DNA of 64,000 nucleotides from Acidobacteria bacterium UBA823 (GTDB taxonomy: Bacteria; Acidobacteriota; Vicinamibacteria; Vicinamibacterales; UBA823). The notes beneath the pieces were generated by a model that did no database searches, had not been told where the DNA came from, and worked only from the letters and a program-made list of their open reading frames with translations. The DNA lies in assembly GCA_002296225.1 (NCBI GenBank), contig DBHR01000116.1, forward strand, positions 25,981 through 89,980, read 5' to 3'. Below, in pieces: positions 9,150-17,236 of this stretch (positions within the stretch are counted from its first letter, which is position 1; every line of letters begins with the position of its first letter). The translations under genes were made by a program, and so were the position numbers.

Positions 9150-9959
9150 GTGAGCGTGCTCATCGCTGCCTTCCTCGGGGCTATTCAGGGACTTACGGAG
9201 TTCCTGCCCGTTTCCAGTTCAGCCCACCTGTTGTTAGCCCGAGATTTTCTCGGATGGGACATCGGGCCATTCGGACTAGCGTTCGATGTTGCTTGCCACC
9301 TCGGAACGCTCTTGGCTATCGTCGTGTTCTTCCGGAGCGACCTGATGGCCATTGCTGGATCGCTGCCGTCTGTCCTGTCGACCTCGCCCAATGAGGCGGG
9401 TCGGCAAGCGCAGTTGATCGCTCTTGGGACTCTTCCCATCGCCGTTGTCGGCCTGGCATTCGAAGAGGTAATCGAGCGGTCGCTTCGCTCTCCGGGTGTA
9501 ACCGTCATTACGTTGTCGCTTGGAGCCGTCGCGTTTCTTGTTGTGGAACGGATGGCGCGCGGCACCGGTGACGCACGCGCTTTAACGTGGCCCGCGGCAC
9601 TCGTGATCGGCATGGCCCAAGCGATGGCGTTAGTTCCTGGCGTTTCACGGTCCGGTGCCACGATTGTGGTCGGCATGTCGTTAGGGCTTTCTCGGGCCGC
9701 GGCTGCCCGATTCGGCTTTCTGTTGGGCGCGCCCGCGATCTTGGCGGCGGCCGGCCGCACCGCGATGACGCTTGAATCTGGCGACCTGACGGGAGCAATA
9801 GCTACCTGGTGTCTGGTGGGGTTGCTAACATCGGCCGTCGTGGGCTATGCGGTGATTGCCTGGTTCCTTCGGTACCTTGCCAAACACCCCCTTGATGTGT
9901 TCGCGTACTATCGTTTGGCGTTGGCCGGCGTCGTGCTTGTCTGGCTGCTTGGTACGTGA
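9150..9959 (+). CDS. uppP: Undecaprenyl-diphosphate phosphatase
   Basis: GLTEFLPVSSSAHL and PGVSRSGATI motifs in a polytopic membrane protein of 269 aa. Confidence 0.9.
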   Translation: MSVLIAAFLGAIQGLTEFLPVSSSAHLLLARDFLGWDIGPFGLAFDVACHLGTLLAIVVFFRSDLMAIAGSLPSVLSTSPNEAGRQAQLIALGTLPIAVVGLAFEEVIERSLRSPGVTVITLSLGAVAFLVVERMARGTGDARALTWPAALVIGMAQAMALVPGVSRSGATIVVGMSLGLSRAAAARFGFLLGAPAILAAAGRTAMTLESGDLTGAIATWCLVGLLTSAVVGYAVIAWFLRYLAKHPLDVFAYYRLALAGVVLVWLLGT

Positions 9960-10018
9960 ACTCGTACACCGTGCGCCGGGAAGGAGTTCGGCGTCATTAA
10001 CGGGCCCTGGTTGAGTTG

Positions 10019-10645
10019 ATGCAGTGGTTTCGTCGAAGTTTACTCACCGGTTTTGTCGTGACTGTGCCACTCGTTGTGAGCGTTGTGGCGCTGATCTGGT
10101 TGTTCCAGTTAATCGATGGTTTCATGGGCCCTTTCTTGGTCCGCTGGCTGGGGCGGGAAGTACCAGGGCTCGGTTTACTGGCGACGATCACCGGCATGTT
10201 CGTCGTTGGCGCGGTCGCGACCAACGTCCTCGGCCGACGGCTGGTGGACCGTGTGGAGAGGTATCTGATGCGGGTGCCCGTTTTCAAGACGATTTACACA
10301 CCTGTGAAACAGCTTATCCTCGCGTTTTCTCCGGACAACGAGTATGGGTTCAAACGGGTGGTCATCGTCGAGGACCTGGAGCGGGGGTTCGTCCTCGGCT
10401 TTTTAACCAAGGAGTTTGCCCTTGACCGGGGTCGAGGTACCGAACACCTGATGGCCATCTACGTTCCCACCAACCACCTGTATCTCGGGGATATTCGCAT
10501 CTACCCCAGTCGGCTTGCTAGCTTTCCAGATATTTCGGTTCAGGAAGGTGTTCGGATTTTTCTTACCGGGGGCATGGCCGTCGCCGACCTCGTGCGAGCC
10601 AGGTCCCAGCCCGCTTCCGACGGCAGGTTGCCAGAGCCCCGGTGA
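10019..10645 (+). CDS. DUF502-family membrane protein
   Basis: Two N-terminal TM helices and overall resemblance to DUF502 proteins. ATG at 10019 is preferred over TTG at 10016. Confidence 0.6.
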   Translation: MQWFRRSLLTGFVVTVPLVVSVVALIWLFQLIDGFMGPFLVRWLGREVPGLGLLATITGMFVVGAVATNVLGRRLVDRVERYLMRVPVFKTIYTPVKQLILAFSPDNEYGFKRVVIVEDLERGFVLGFLTKEFALDRGRGTEHLMAIYVPTNHLYLGDIRIYPSRLASFPDISVQEGVRIFLTGGMAVADLVRARSQPASDGRLPEPR

Positions 10646-10845
10646 CCGTCCCTCGCCCATCTGGCGTGACAGGGTGCTGGGCAGGGCCCACCTGGAATAG
10701 GGAGGTTCGAGGGAGTGCCCGAGGCGTGTTTTTGGCTCGCGCTGGATTGACAGGACTGAGGCCGGATTGTTAGGTTGATGAGTTTTTGACGTGGGCGAGG
10801 GGCCGGTAGGGTACCGGCAGTTCGCGGGACTAAGAGGACGGAACG

Positions 10846-12954
10846 ATGACACAAAAGCTTTTTTTGGTGTTTGGTATTGTCGCACCGATATGCGCGGCGA
10901 TCTTCGCATTGGTTCTCATTCAGGTGATAAACAGGCGCGATCCTGGTAATAGGCGAATGCAAAGTATCGCGGCCCTTATTCGCAGTGGAGCCATGGCCTT
11001 CCTGCGTGTCGAGTACAGCGTACTGGCCGTGTTTGTCGGGGTGATGTTCATCGTCTTGGCGGTCTTCTTGCCGCGGAATGGCCTGACGACGGCAGTAAGT
11101 TTCCTTGTTGGCGCCGTGCTCTCGGCTAGTGCCGGCTGGGTGGGAATGCGCACCGCAACCGGGGCGGCGGTGCGCACGACCCAGGCCGCGAAGACCAGTC
11201 TCGCGAGCGCGCTTCGCGTGGCATTCTTGAGTGGGTCTGTGATGGGGCTGACCGTCGTGGCACTCGGCACGCTCGGGATTGCCATCCTGTACTCGGCATT
11301 CGGTGGGTTGGAAGGGGCCGGAGCCGAGGCCGTTGAGTCGCTGTTTGGACTGTCGCTCGGTGCCTCGTCGATCGCCCTGTTCGCCCGCGTTGGTGGCGGT
11401 ATCTACACTAAGGCGGCCGACGTCGGCGCTGACCTCTCCGGTAAAGTGGAAGCGGGCATTCCCGAGGACGACCCTCGGAACCCGGCGACTATCGCCGACG
11501 CGGTGGGCGACAACGTCGGCGACGTGGCGGGCATGGGTGCCGATCTGTTCGAGTCCTACGTGGGCAGCATCATTGCCTCGGTCGCGCTAGCGTGGGCGAT
11601 GACGGCGCCGTCGGCCCAGGAATTGTGGGGTGTCCCGGTCGGTGCCTTCGCTGCGGTGCAAGGTGACTTGGTGTTGTTTCCGATCGTACTCGCGGGCGTT
11701 GGCGTGTTGTGTTCGATGATTGCTACGTTCACCGTGCGGACCAATAACGAGAAGGCCATTCAGGGGGCGTTGAATCGCGGGTTGTTCACGGCGTCGATTC
11801 TCGTCGTTTTTGCCACCGTGGGACTGGTCTCCGTGATGGGACTGCCGGGTGCGGTACTCTGGTGCGTCGTGGTGGGGCTGGTCTCAGGCGTTGCGATCGG
11901 CAAATTCACGGAGTACTACACCGCAAAAGATCTCGCGCCCGTGCAGCGGATTGCTCAACAGTCGGAAACGGGTCCGGCCACGAATATCATCGCTGGTTTG
12001 GGCATTGGCATGATGTCTTGCGGGGGACCGATTCTGGTGATCTGCTTGGCGATTTTTCTGAGCTTTGGCTGGGCCGGCCTCTACGGTATCGCGATCGCGG
12101 CGGTTGGGATGCTGTCGACTCTCGGTATCAGTTTGGGTGTCGATGCTTACGGTCCGGTCGCGGACAACGCTGGAGGGATCGCTGAACTCAGTGGATGCGA
12201 ACCGTTCGTCCGGCAGCGGACCGACGCCCTCGACGCGGTCGGCAATACGACGGCCGCCATCGGCAAGGGCTTCGCGATTGGATCGGCGGCGTTGACGGCG
12301 CTGGCGCTGTTCAGCACGTATCGCGCGACGACGGATGCCGCGGTTGAGGCTGCCGGCGGCGTCGCCGCGTTCGAGGAGCGGCTGCTCAGTCTCAACCTCG
12401 ACAATCCGAATGTGCTGCTCGGGATGTTTATCGGGGGCATGCTACCGTTCATCTTTTCGGCGTTGACCATGAACGCCGTCGGACGCTCGGCCAACAAGAT
12501 GATTGAAGAGGTCCGGCGACAGTTTAAATCGATTCCTGGCCTACTGGAAGGTAACGCCGAGCCCGACTCGGCGCAGTGTGTTGCTATTTCGACTAAGGCT
12601 GCGATTCGAGAGATGCTGGCGCCGGGGTTACTCGCCGTCATCGCGCCCGTTGTTACGGGGTTCCTCCTCGGCGTCGCCGGACTGGGTGGTCTGCTCGCCG
12701 GCTCGCTCGTGACCGGAGTGCTGATGGCGTTGATGATGGCCAACGCCGGCGGAGCTTGGGACAACGCGAAAAAATACATTGAGGAGGGCAACCTAGGTGG
12801 CAAGGGGTCCGAGCCACACAAAGCCGCCGTAATTGGCGACACAGTTGGTGATCCCTTCAAGGACACGGCAGGGCCCAGCCTGAACATACTGATCAAGCTG
12901 ATGAGCATCGTCTCCGTTATCTTTGCGCCGCTCGTGGTTGGTTGGATGCAGTGA
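10846..12954 (+). CDS. hppA: Membrane-bound proton/sodium-translocating pyrophosphatase
   Basis: [36 protein letters not shown] and [17 protein letters not shown] motifs. About 16 TM segments over 702 aa. Confidence 0.93.
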   Translation: MTQKLFLVFGIVAPICAAIFALVLIQVINRRDPGNRRMQSIAALIRSGAMAFLRVEYSVLAVFVGVMFIVLAVFLPRNGLTTAVSFLVGAVLSASAGWVGMRTATGAAVRTTQAAKTSLASALRVAFLSGSVMGLTVVALGTLGIAILYSAFGGLEGAGAEAVESLFGLSLGASSIALFARVGGGIYTKAADVGADLSGKVEAGIPEDDPRNPATIADAVGDNVGDVAGMGADLFESYVGSIIASVALAWAMTAPSAQELWGVPVGAFAAVQGDLVLFPIVLAGVGVLCSMIATFTVRTNNEKAIQGALNRGLFTASILVVFATVGLVSVMGLPGAVLWCVVVGLVSGVAIGKFTEYYTAKDLAPVQRIAQQSETGPATNIIAGLGIGMMSCGGPILVICLAIFLSFGWAGLYGIAIAAVGMLSTLGISLGVDAYGPVADNAGGIAELSGCEPFVRQRTDALDAVGNTTAAIGKGFAIGSAALTALALFSTYRATTDAAVEAAGGVAAFEERLLSLNLDNPNVLLGMFIGGMLPFIFSALTMNAVGRSANKMIEEVRRQFKSIPGLLEGNAEPDSAQCVAISTKAAIREMLAPGLLAVIAPVVTGFLLGVAGLGGLLAGSLVTGVLMALMMANAGGAWDNAKKYIEEGNLGGKGSEPHKAAVIGDTVGDPFKDTAGPSLNILIKLMSIVSVIFAPLVVGWMQ

Positions 12955-13057
12955 GGTGGCGTGGAGCACCTGGCGAATCCGGATGTCAGGATATCTGCGC
13001 CATTTTCCGGTCGACAGTGTCTACACTATGTCCTGGGATCTTGGCAGCGAGTTGGGG

Positions 13058-13082
13058 GAAAAAGGCCGACGGCCTGTTTTCT
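13058..13082 (+). terminator. Weak hairpin terminator after hppA
   Basis: GAAAAA-AGGCC-GAC-GGCCT-GTTTTCT. Confidence 0.45.
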
Positions 13083-13096
13083 GCCTAAAAGGTTAG

Positions 13097-13126
13097 TTGA
13101 CATGGGTTTTCGGCTTTGCCTAGAAT
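13097..13126 (+). promoter_or_regulatory. Sigma70-like promoter for tonB-exbB-exbD-exbD
   Basis: TTGACA (13097-13102), 18-nt spacer, TAGAAT (13121-13126). Confidence 0.55.
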
Positions 13127-13177
13127 TAGCGGTCTTGTCTCGACGCCAAATGAGCTTCGGTGTGCAGGAGGTCGATC

Positions 13178-13891
13178 GTGCCTGAGATGTTCGGCGAATT
13201 CGTGAACCCGACCACCAGGGTAGGATCGCAAAAGTGGTACACGGTGCCGATATCCATTGTGGCGCACGTCGTGCTGGTCGGCGCCGTCATTATTGTGCCG
13301 CTGATGGCGGCTGACATCTTGCCGACGCCGCCGTCGATGATGGCCTTCGTAGCGGCACCACCGCCGCCGCCGCCGCCGCCGCCACCGCCACCACCACCCG
13401 TCTCCGCGGACAGGCCTCCGCCGCCCGAGATTATTCCAAACGCCGCGCCGGTCGAAGCTCCTGACATAATCACGCCGGAGACTGGTATCACCGTTGACGA
13501 AGGGATCGTTGGGGGTGTTGAGGGCGGTATTTCGGGCGGCCTAGTCGGGGGGATCGTTGGCGGCTTGTCCCTAGCACCACCACCACCACCACCACCACCG
13601 GCCGCGCCGATCCGTGTGGGTGGCAATATTAGGCCGCCGGAGAAGGTCCGCGATGTGTCTCCGATCTATCCGCCGATTGCGCAGTCAGCGCGGGTGCAGG
13701 GCATCGTCATCGTCGAAGCGATTATCGGGCCGGACGGCCGAGTGACCGATGTTCGGGTGTTGCGCGGGATTGCGTTGCTTAATTCGGCTGCGATGGACGC
13801 GGTGCGGCAGTGGGAGTTCACGCCGACGCTGCTGAATGGTATCCCCGTGCCGGTCATTATGACGGTCACGGTCAATTTCACGTTGCAGTAG
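13178..13891 (+). CDS. tonB: TonB-family energy transducer with homopolymeric proline runs and a Gly-rich module
   Basis: N-terminal TM anchor, Pro-rich spacer, and C-terminal TonB domain (VRVLRGIALLNSAAMDAVRQWEFTP). The GTG start at 13178 lies 6 nt after AGGAGG. Confidence 0.85.
   Translation: MPEMFGEFVNPTTRVGSQKWYTVPISIVAHVVLVGAVIIVPLMAADILPTPPSMMAFVAAPPPPPPPPPPPPPPVSADRPPPPEIIPNAAPVEAPDIITPETGITVDEGIVGGVEGGISGGLVGGIVGGLSLAPPPPPPPPAAPIRVGGNIRPPEKVRDVSPIYPPIAQSARVQGIVIVEAIIGPDGRVTDVRVLRGIALLNSAAMDAVRQWEFTPTLLNGIPVPVIMTVTVNFTLQ
13358..13399 (+). repeat. Run of 14 consecutive proline codons (CCG/CCA) inside tonB
   Basis: Counted directly from the nucleotides: cca (ccg)x7 cca ccg (cca)x3 ccc. 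Confidence 0.95.
13577..13600 (+). repeat. (CCA)7-CCG trinucleotide repeat encoding 8 prolines inside tonB
   Basis: Counted directly from the nucleotides. Confidence 0.95.
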
Positions 13892-14019
13892 CGGATGAGG
13901 TAGGCGACTTTCGAGAGATGAAAAAATTCGTGATGAGGCGGCAGTGGGACCGTGGAAACGCCTACTTGCCAAAAACCGAGTCAATACAGCCATAAGCAGC
14001 ATAAACGGGAGGATGCGCG

Positions 14020-14706
14020 ATGGAAAGTAGTGGAATGAACCTGCTAGAGATGTGGGGTCAGATGGGCTATACCGCGAAAGGAATCGCGGTAGTCCTCTTC
14101 TTCATGTCGTTCTGGTCGGTCGGCGTGGCCGTTGAGCGGATCTTCACCTTTATGCAGGCTAAGAAACAGTCGAAATTGTATGCACCTCAGGTGGCCAAGC
14201 ACCTCAAGGACGGCCGCTTGAAGGAGGCGATCGCGGTTGCAAAGAAGGAGGACTACAAATACAGCCACCTTGCCAAGGTCGTCACGGCCGGATTGCAGGA
14301 ATATCAGTTCCAGCAGGAAAGCGGTTCTAGCCTGGCGCGTGGTGACCTTCTGGATACAGTGCGACGCGCGATTCAGCGGGCGTCGGCGATGACAGCCAAT
14401 GACCTGAAGAAGGGCGTTCCGTCGTTGGCGACCATCGGTTCGACGGCACCCTTCGTTGGGCTGCTGGGCACCGTTGTCGGCATCATCAACGCGTTTGTCG
14501 GTATCGCCTCGACCGGCTCTGGCGGTATCGGCGCGGTGTCTGCGGGTATCGCGGAAGCGCTTGTCGAAACTGCACTCGGGCTCGTCGTGGCCATTCCGGC
14601 GGTCTGGTTCTATAACTATCTGACCGGTGTGGTCGAATACTTCAACGTTGAGATGGATAACTCATCGTCGGAGCTCATGGACTACTTCATCAAGAAGACG
14701 GCGTAA
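14020..14706 (+). CDS. exbB: MotA/TolQ/ExbB proton-channel protein
   Basis: IGSTAPFVGLLGTVVGIINAF motif and 3 TM segments. SD GGGAGG lies upstream. Confidence 0.9.
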   Translation: MESSGMNLLEMWGQMGYTAKGIAVVLFFMSFWSVGVAVERIFTFMQAKKQSKLYAPQVAKHLKDGRLKEAIAVAKKEDYKYSHLAKVVTAGLQEYQFQQESGSSLARGDLLDTVRRAIQRASAMTANDLKKGVPSLATIGSTAPFVGLLGTVVGIINAFVGIASTGSGGIGAVSAGIAEALVETALGLVVAIPAVWFYNYLTGVVEYFNVEMDNSSSELMDYFIKKTA

Positions 14707-14797
14707 CAGGTTATCCATCCGCGCATGTCGTGGCGCCCAATGGGTGTCGCGACGTGACGCGGATGGCGTGTTTACACAACAGGCGAGGAGACTTCTC

Positions 14798-15238
14798 ATG
14801 TCTATGGACCTGGGCGGCGCCAAAGGCGGCGTTAAGTCCGACATCAACGTCACGCCGCTCGTTGACGTGATGCTGGTACTCCTGATCATCATGATGCTTG
14901 TCGCCCCGATGTTGCAGAAGGGCGTTGATGTCCGCCTGCCGCAGGCAGCGAACACCGTGGACAAGCCGGAAACGCAGGACCAGACGATACTGTCGATCAC
15001 CGCCGACAGACGTTTTTATGTCAATTCTGTGCAGGTGGCTGATACCGAGCTGTTGAATCGCGTTCAGTCGGCGGTCGATCAGGCGGGCGGCGACCGGATC
15101 GTATTGATCAAAGGCGACGAGGATGCGCCCTACAGTTCGATCATGCAGGTGATGGACGAATTGCGGCGGGTTGGCATCGAGGATGTGGGCCTCGTCGTCG
15201 ACCGTCGGTTGCGAGCAGGTCTTGGAGGTGCTCGGTAA
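14798..15238 (+). CDS. exbD: ExbD/TolR biopolymer transport protein (copy 1)
   Basis: DINVTPLVDVMLVLLIIMM followed by a periplasmic domain. ATG at 14798 is preceded by GAGGAG. The upstream part of the track ORF overlaps exbB. Confidence 0.88.
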   Translation: MSMDLGGAKGGVKSDINVTPLVDVMLVLLIIMMLVAPMLQKGVDVRLPQAANTVDKPETQDQTILSITADRRFYVNSVQVADTELLNRVQSAVDQAGGDRIVLIKGDEDAPYSSIMQVMDELRRVGIEDVGLVVDRRLRAGLGGAR

Positions 15239-15714
15239 TGTCGGAACAACAATCACTCGGCGGCACTGACGACGGCATTAGGGTCGAACACCTGGAGCCA
15301 AGTTGCGACATGAACGTCACGCCGATGATCGACGTGTTGCTCGTCCTGCTGATCATCTTTATGGCGGCGTTGCCGCTGACCCAAAAGGGGGTCGACATCA
15401 ATCTCCCGGCCGAAACGCGCGCGGCGAATCAGTCGCAGCCCGACACGAGCCAGATTGTGCTCGAGTACACTGCCGACCGACGCCTTTCGGTGAACAAGCA
15501 GGCCGTCACGCTTCGAGAGCTGACGTCGCGGCTGCGAACCATCTACGAAGCCCGCCAGGACAAGACCATGTTTATCGCGGCGGCGGGCAGCCTGCGCTAC
15601 GGCGAAATCATTGACGTTATCGACGCGGCGAAGGGCGTCGGTGTCGAGAAGGTTGGCATCGTCACTGAGGGCATGCGGCAGGCGGCCGGTGTGCAGGGTG
15701 GCGGCGGGAACTAG
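15238..15714 (+). CDS. exbD: ExbD/TolR biopolymer transport protein (copy 2)
   Basis: MNVTPMIDVLLVLLIIFM motif. TAATG stop-start overlap with copy 1. Confidence 0.85.
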   Translation: MSEQQSLGGTDDGIRVEHLEPSCDMNVTPMIDVLLVLLIIFMAALPLTQKGVDINLPAETRAANQSQPDTSQIVLEYTADRRLSVNKQAVTLRELTSRLRTIYEARQDKTMFIAAAGSLRYGEIIDVIDAAKGVGVEKVGIVTEGMRQAAGVQGGGGN

Positions 15715-15737
15715 TTCCGTCCTCCGAGAATTACGTG

Positions 15738-15778
15738 GACGGCGCACGCGCGAGGAAGCGCATGCGCCGTCTTTTTTT
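15738..15778 (+). terminator. Strong rho-independent terminator after the exbD pair
   Basis: GACGGCGCA...TGCGCCGTC 9-bp stem followed by T7. Confidence 0.8.
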
Positions 15779-15935
15779 GTACCTAGTCCGCGTCTCTGAA
15801 ATTTTCAACTGACACCTGCCACTGTTTTTTTGACTGGCCCAGCGGGGTTCCTGGACTGTTACAACGAGTCAAATCTCAAATCTCGGAGACGGTACGAAAA
15901 CAGGAGCCTATCCTTGGGGTCGTGAGTAGTGGCCT

Positions 15936-15977
15936 ACAAGAGCAAACGGCCGACTTCTCCAAAGAGAAGTCGGCCGT
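15936..15977 (-). terminator. Hairpin terminator after the TPR gene
   Basis: Perfect 14-bp stem ACGGCCGACTTCTC / GAGAAGTCGGCCGT with a 4-nt loop. On the minus strand it is followed by TTGCTCTTGT. Confidence 0.65.
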
Positions 15978-16002
15978 GTCGTGAACGTGTGGGAAGCAGT
16001 GA

Positions 16003-16977
16003 CTACCCGCCAGCGACCGGTGCTGCCGCTTGAGCTCTTCGAAGCCTTTCGGCCCGCTCGCGAAGATCATCTGCTTCGGCAATCAGTCTATTCTGTTCTG
16101 CCTTGTTGCTCGTGGCGTTGGCCTGCAGCCTAAGAAGGATGTTCTTGTAGGTCATCGCTTCATGGTAGTCGTCCTTCAACTCAAGTGCCTGATCCGAGGC
16201 AGCAAGGCCTTCCGCGATGTACTGCGCCTTTTCTTCGTCGTTCAATCGGAAGTCGCGGAACGCCTTTTCCCAGAAATACGTGGCGATTGTGTAATACGCC
16301 TCCGGGTTGTTCGGCTCGATCCTGGCCCGCTCTTTGAGCGCGGCCATCGTCTGCTCAAAGTCCTCTACGCGGTTGTAGTGTGCCGCCATTTGCAGGTAAA
16401 CCGACGGATTTTCAGGCTGTTCGTCGCGGGCATCGTGGAGGATCTGCTCGGCCATCTCGTACTGCCCCGAGTCCTCGTAAAGCCGAGAAAGTGCGAAGTA
16501 GTTGTCCATGTCGCCAGGATACAAGTCGATCATCTCGCGGATAATCGGCTCAGCTTGACCGGGGTCATTCAACTTGTCCGGGCCATAAGTGGCTACGAGG
16601 TATTGCATCGAGAGCCGCTGCATGTCTGGGTTGTCGACGATTAGCTCAGAGGCCAGCCGATAGTTTTCAACTGCTTTCTCCAATAACGCGTCGTTCTCTG
16701 GCTCGCCCCGACGACCCGGGCGGTACTGAAGATCGTAGCTATTCCCCAGGTAAAAATAAGCGACCGTCAGCTCGGGTAAGACATCGAGCGCGGAGGTGTC
16801 CGCCAGCGTTTCTTCGTAGGCTTCCGCGGCGGCTGCGTAATCTTGGATTTGATACAAGCGGTGAGCATCCTTGATGGCCACTTTAGCCCTGAGCATGGCG
16901 ATCTGGCCGCAGCCGGTCAGTGATACGCTCAGCCCGGCCACGATGGCCAACTGCACCGCGATCCGTCGCGTATTCAT
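16003..16977 (-). CDS. TPR-repeat lipoprotein
   Basis: Signal peptide plus lipobox (LSVSLTGC) from the ATG at 16977. Repeated TPR-like helices (AxxYxxxG/Y patterns). The upstream 47 codons of the track ORF look spurious. Confidence 0.75.
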   Translation of the reverse strand: MNTRRIAVQLAIVAGLSVSLTGCGQIAMLRAKVAIKDAHRLYQIQDYAAAAEAYEETLADTSALDVLPELTVAYFYLGNSYDLQYRPGRRGEPENDALLEKAVENYRLASELIVDNPDMQRLSMQYLVATYGPDKLNDPGQAEPIIREMIDLYPGDMDNYFALSRLYEDSGQYEMAEQILHDARDEQPENPSVYLQMAAHYNRVEDFEQTMAALKERARIEPNNPEAYYTIATYFWEKAFRDFRLNDEEKAQYIAEGLAASDQALELKDDYHEAMTYKNILLRLQANATSNKAEQNRLIAEADDLRERAERLRRAQAAAPVAGG

Positions 16978-17068
16978 AATCTTCCCTTTCGACAGCATCT
17001 CGACTACCTCTCCCCTACTAGCGCGGAGGCCCGCCGCGCAGAACCGGTCGGCGGGGCATGACGTCCCC

Positions 17069-17077
17069 GGGGGGGGG
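17069..17077. repeat. G9 homopolymer in the divergent TPR / rel intergenic region
   Basis: ccccGGGGGGGGGtcc, read directly. Confidence 0.95.
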
Positions 17078-17236
17078 TCCTGCGGGAACGCCTCAAGCCG
17101 GGCCAGTATAGTGAACAAAAAAACGGTCCGTCAAGCACCGCCGGTGCGTCCATTCGGCCCGTCCGCGTCTCTCCGGCGGCCACAGGCTGCATCGATGTGG
17201 CTCCACCCGTCTTGACCGCTGCCGAGGGCCGTCCCT

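Noticed and set aside
13126-13626. 166-aa minus-strand ORF with long poly-glycine runs
   Set aside because: It is simply the reverse complement of the tonB poly-proline codon repeats (CCN read as NGG). The TonB reading frame is supported by its TM anchor, its C-terminal domain and an AGGAGG SD.
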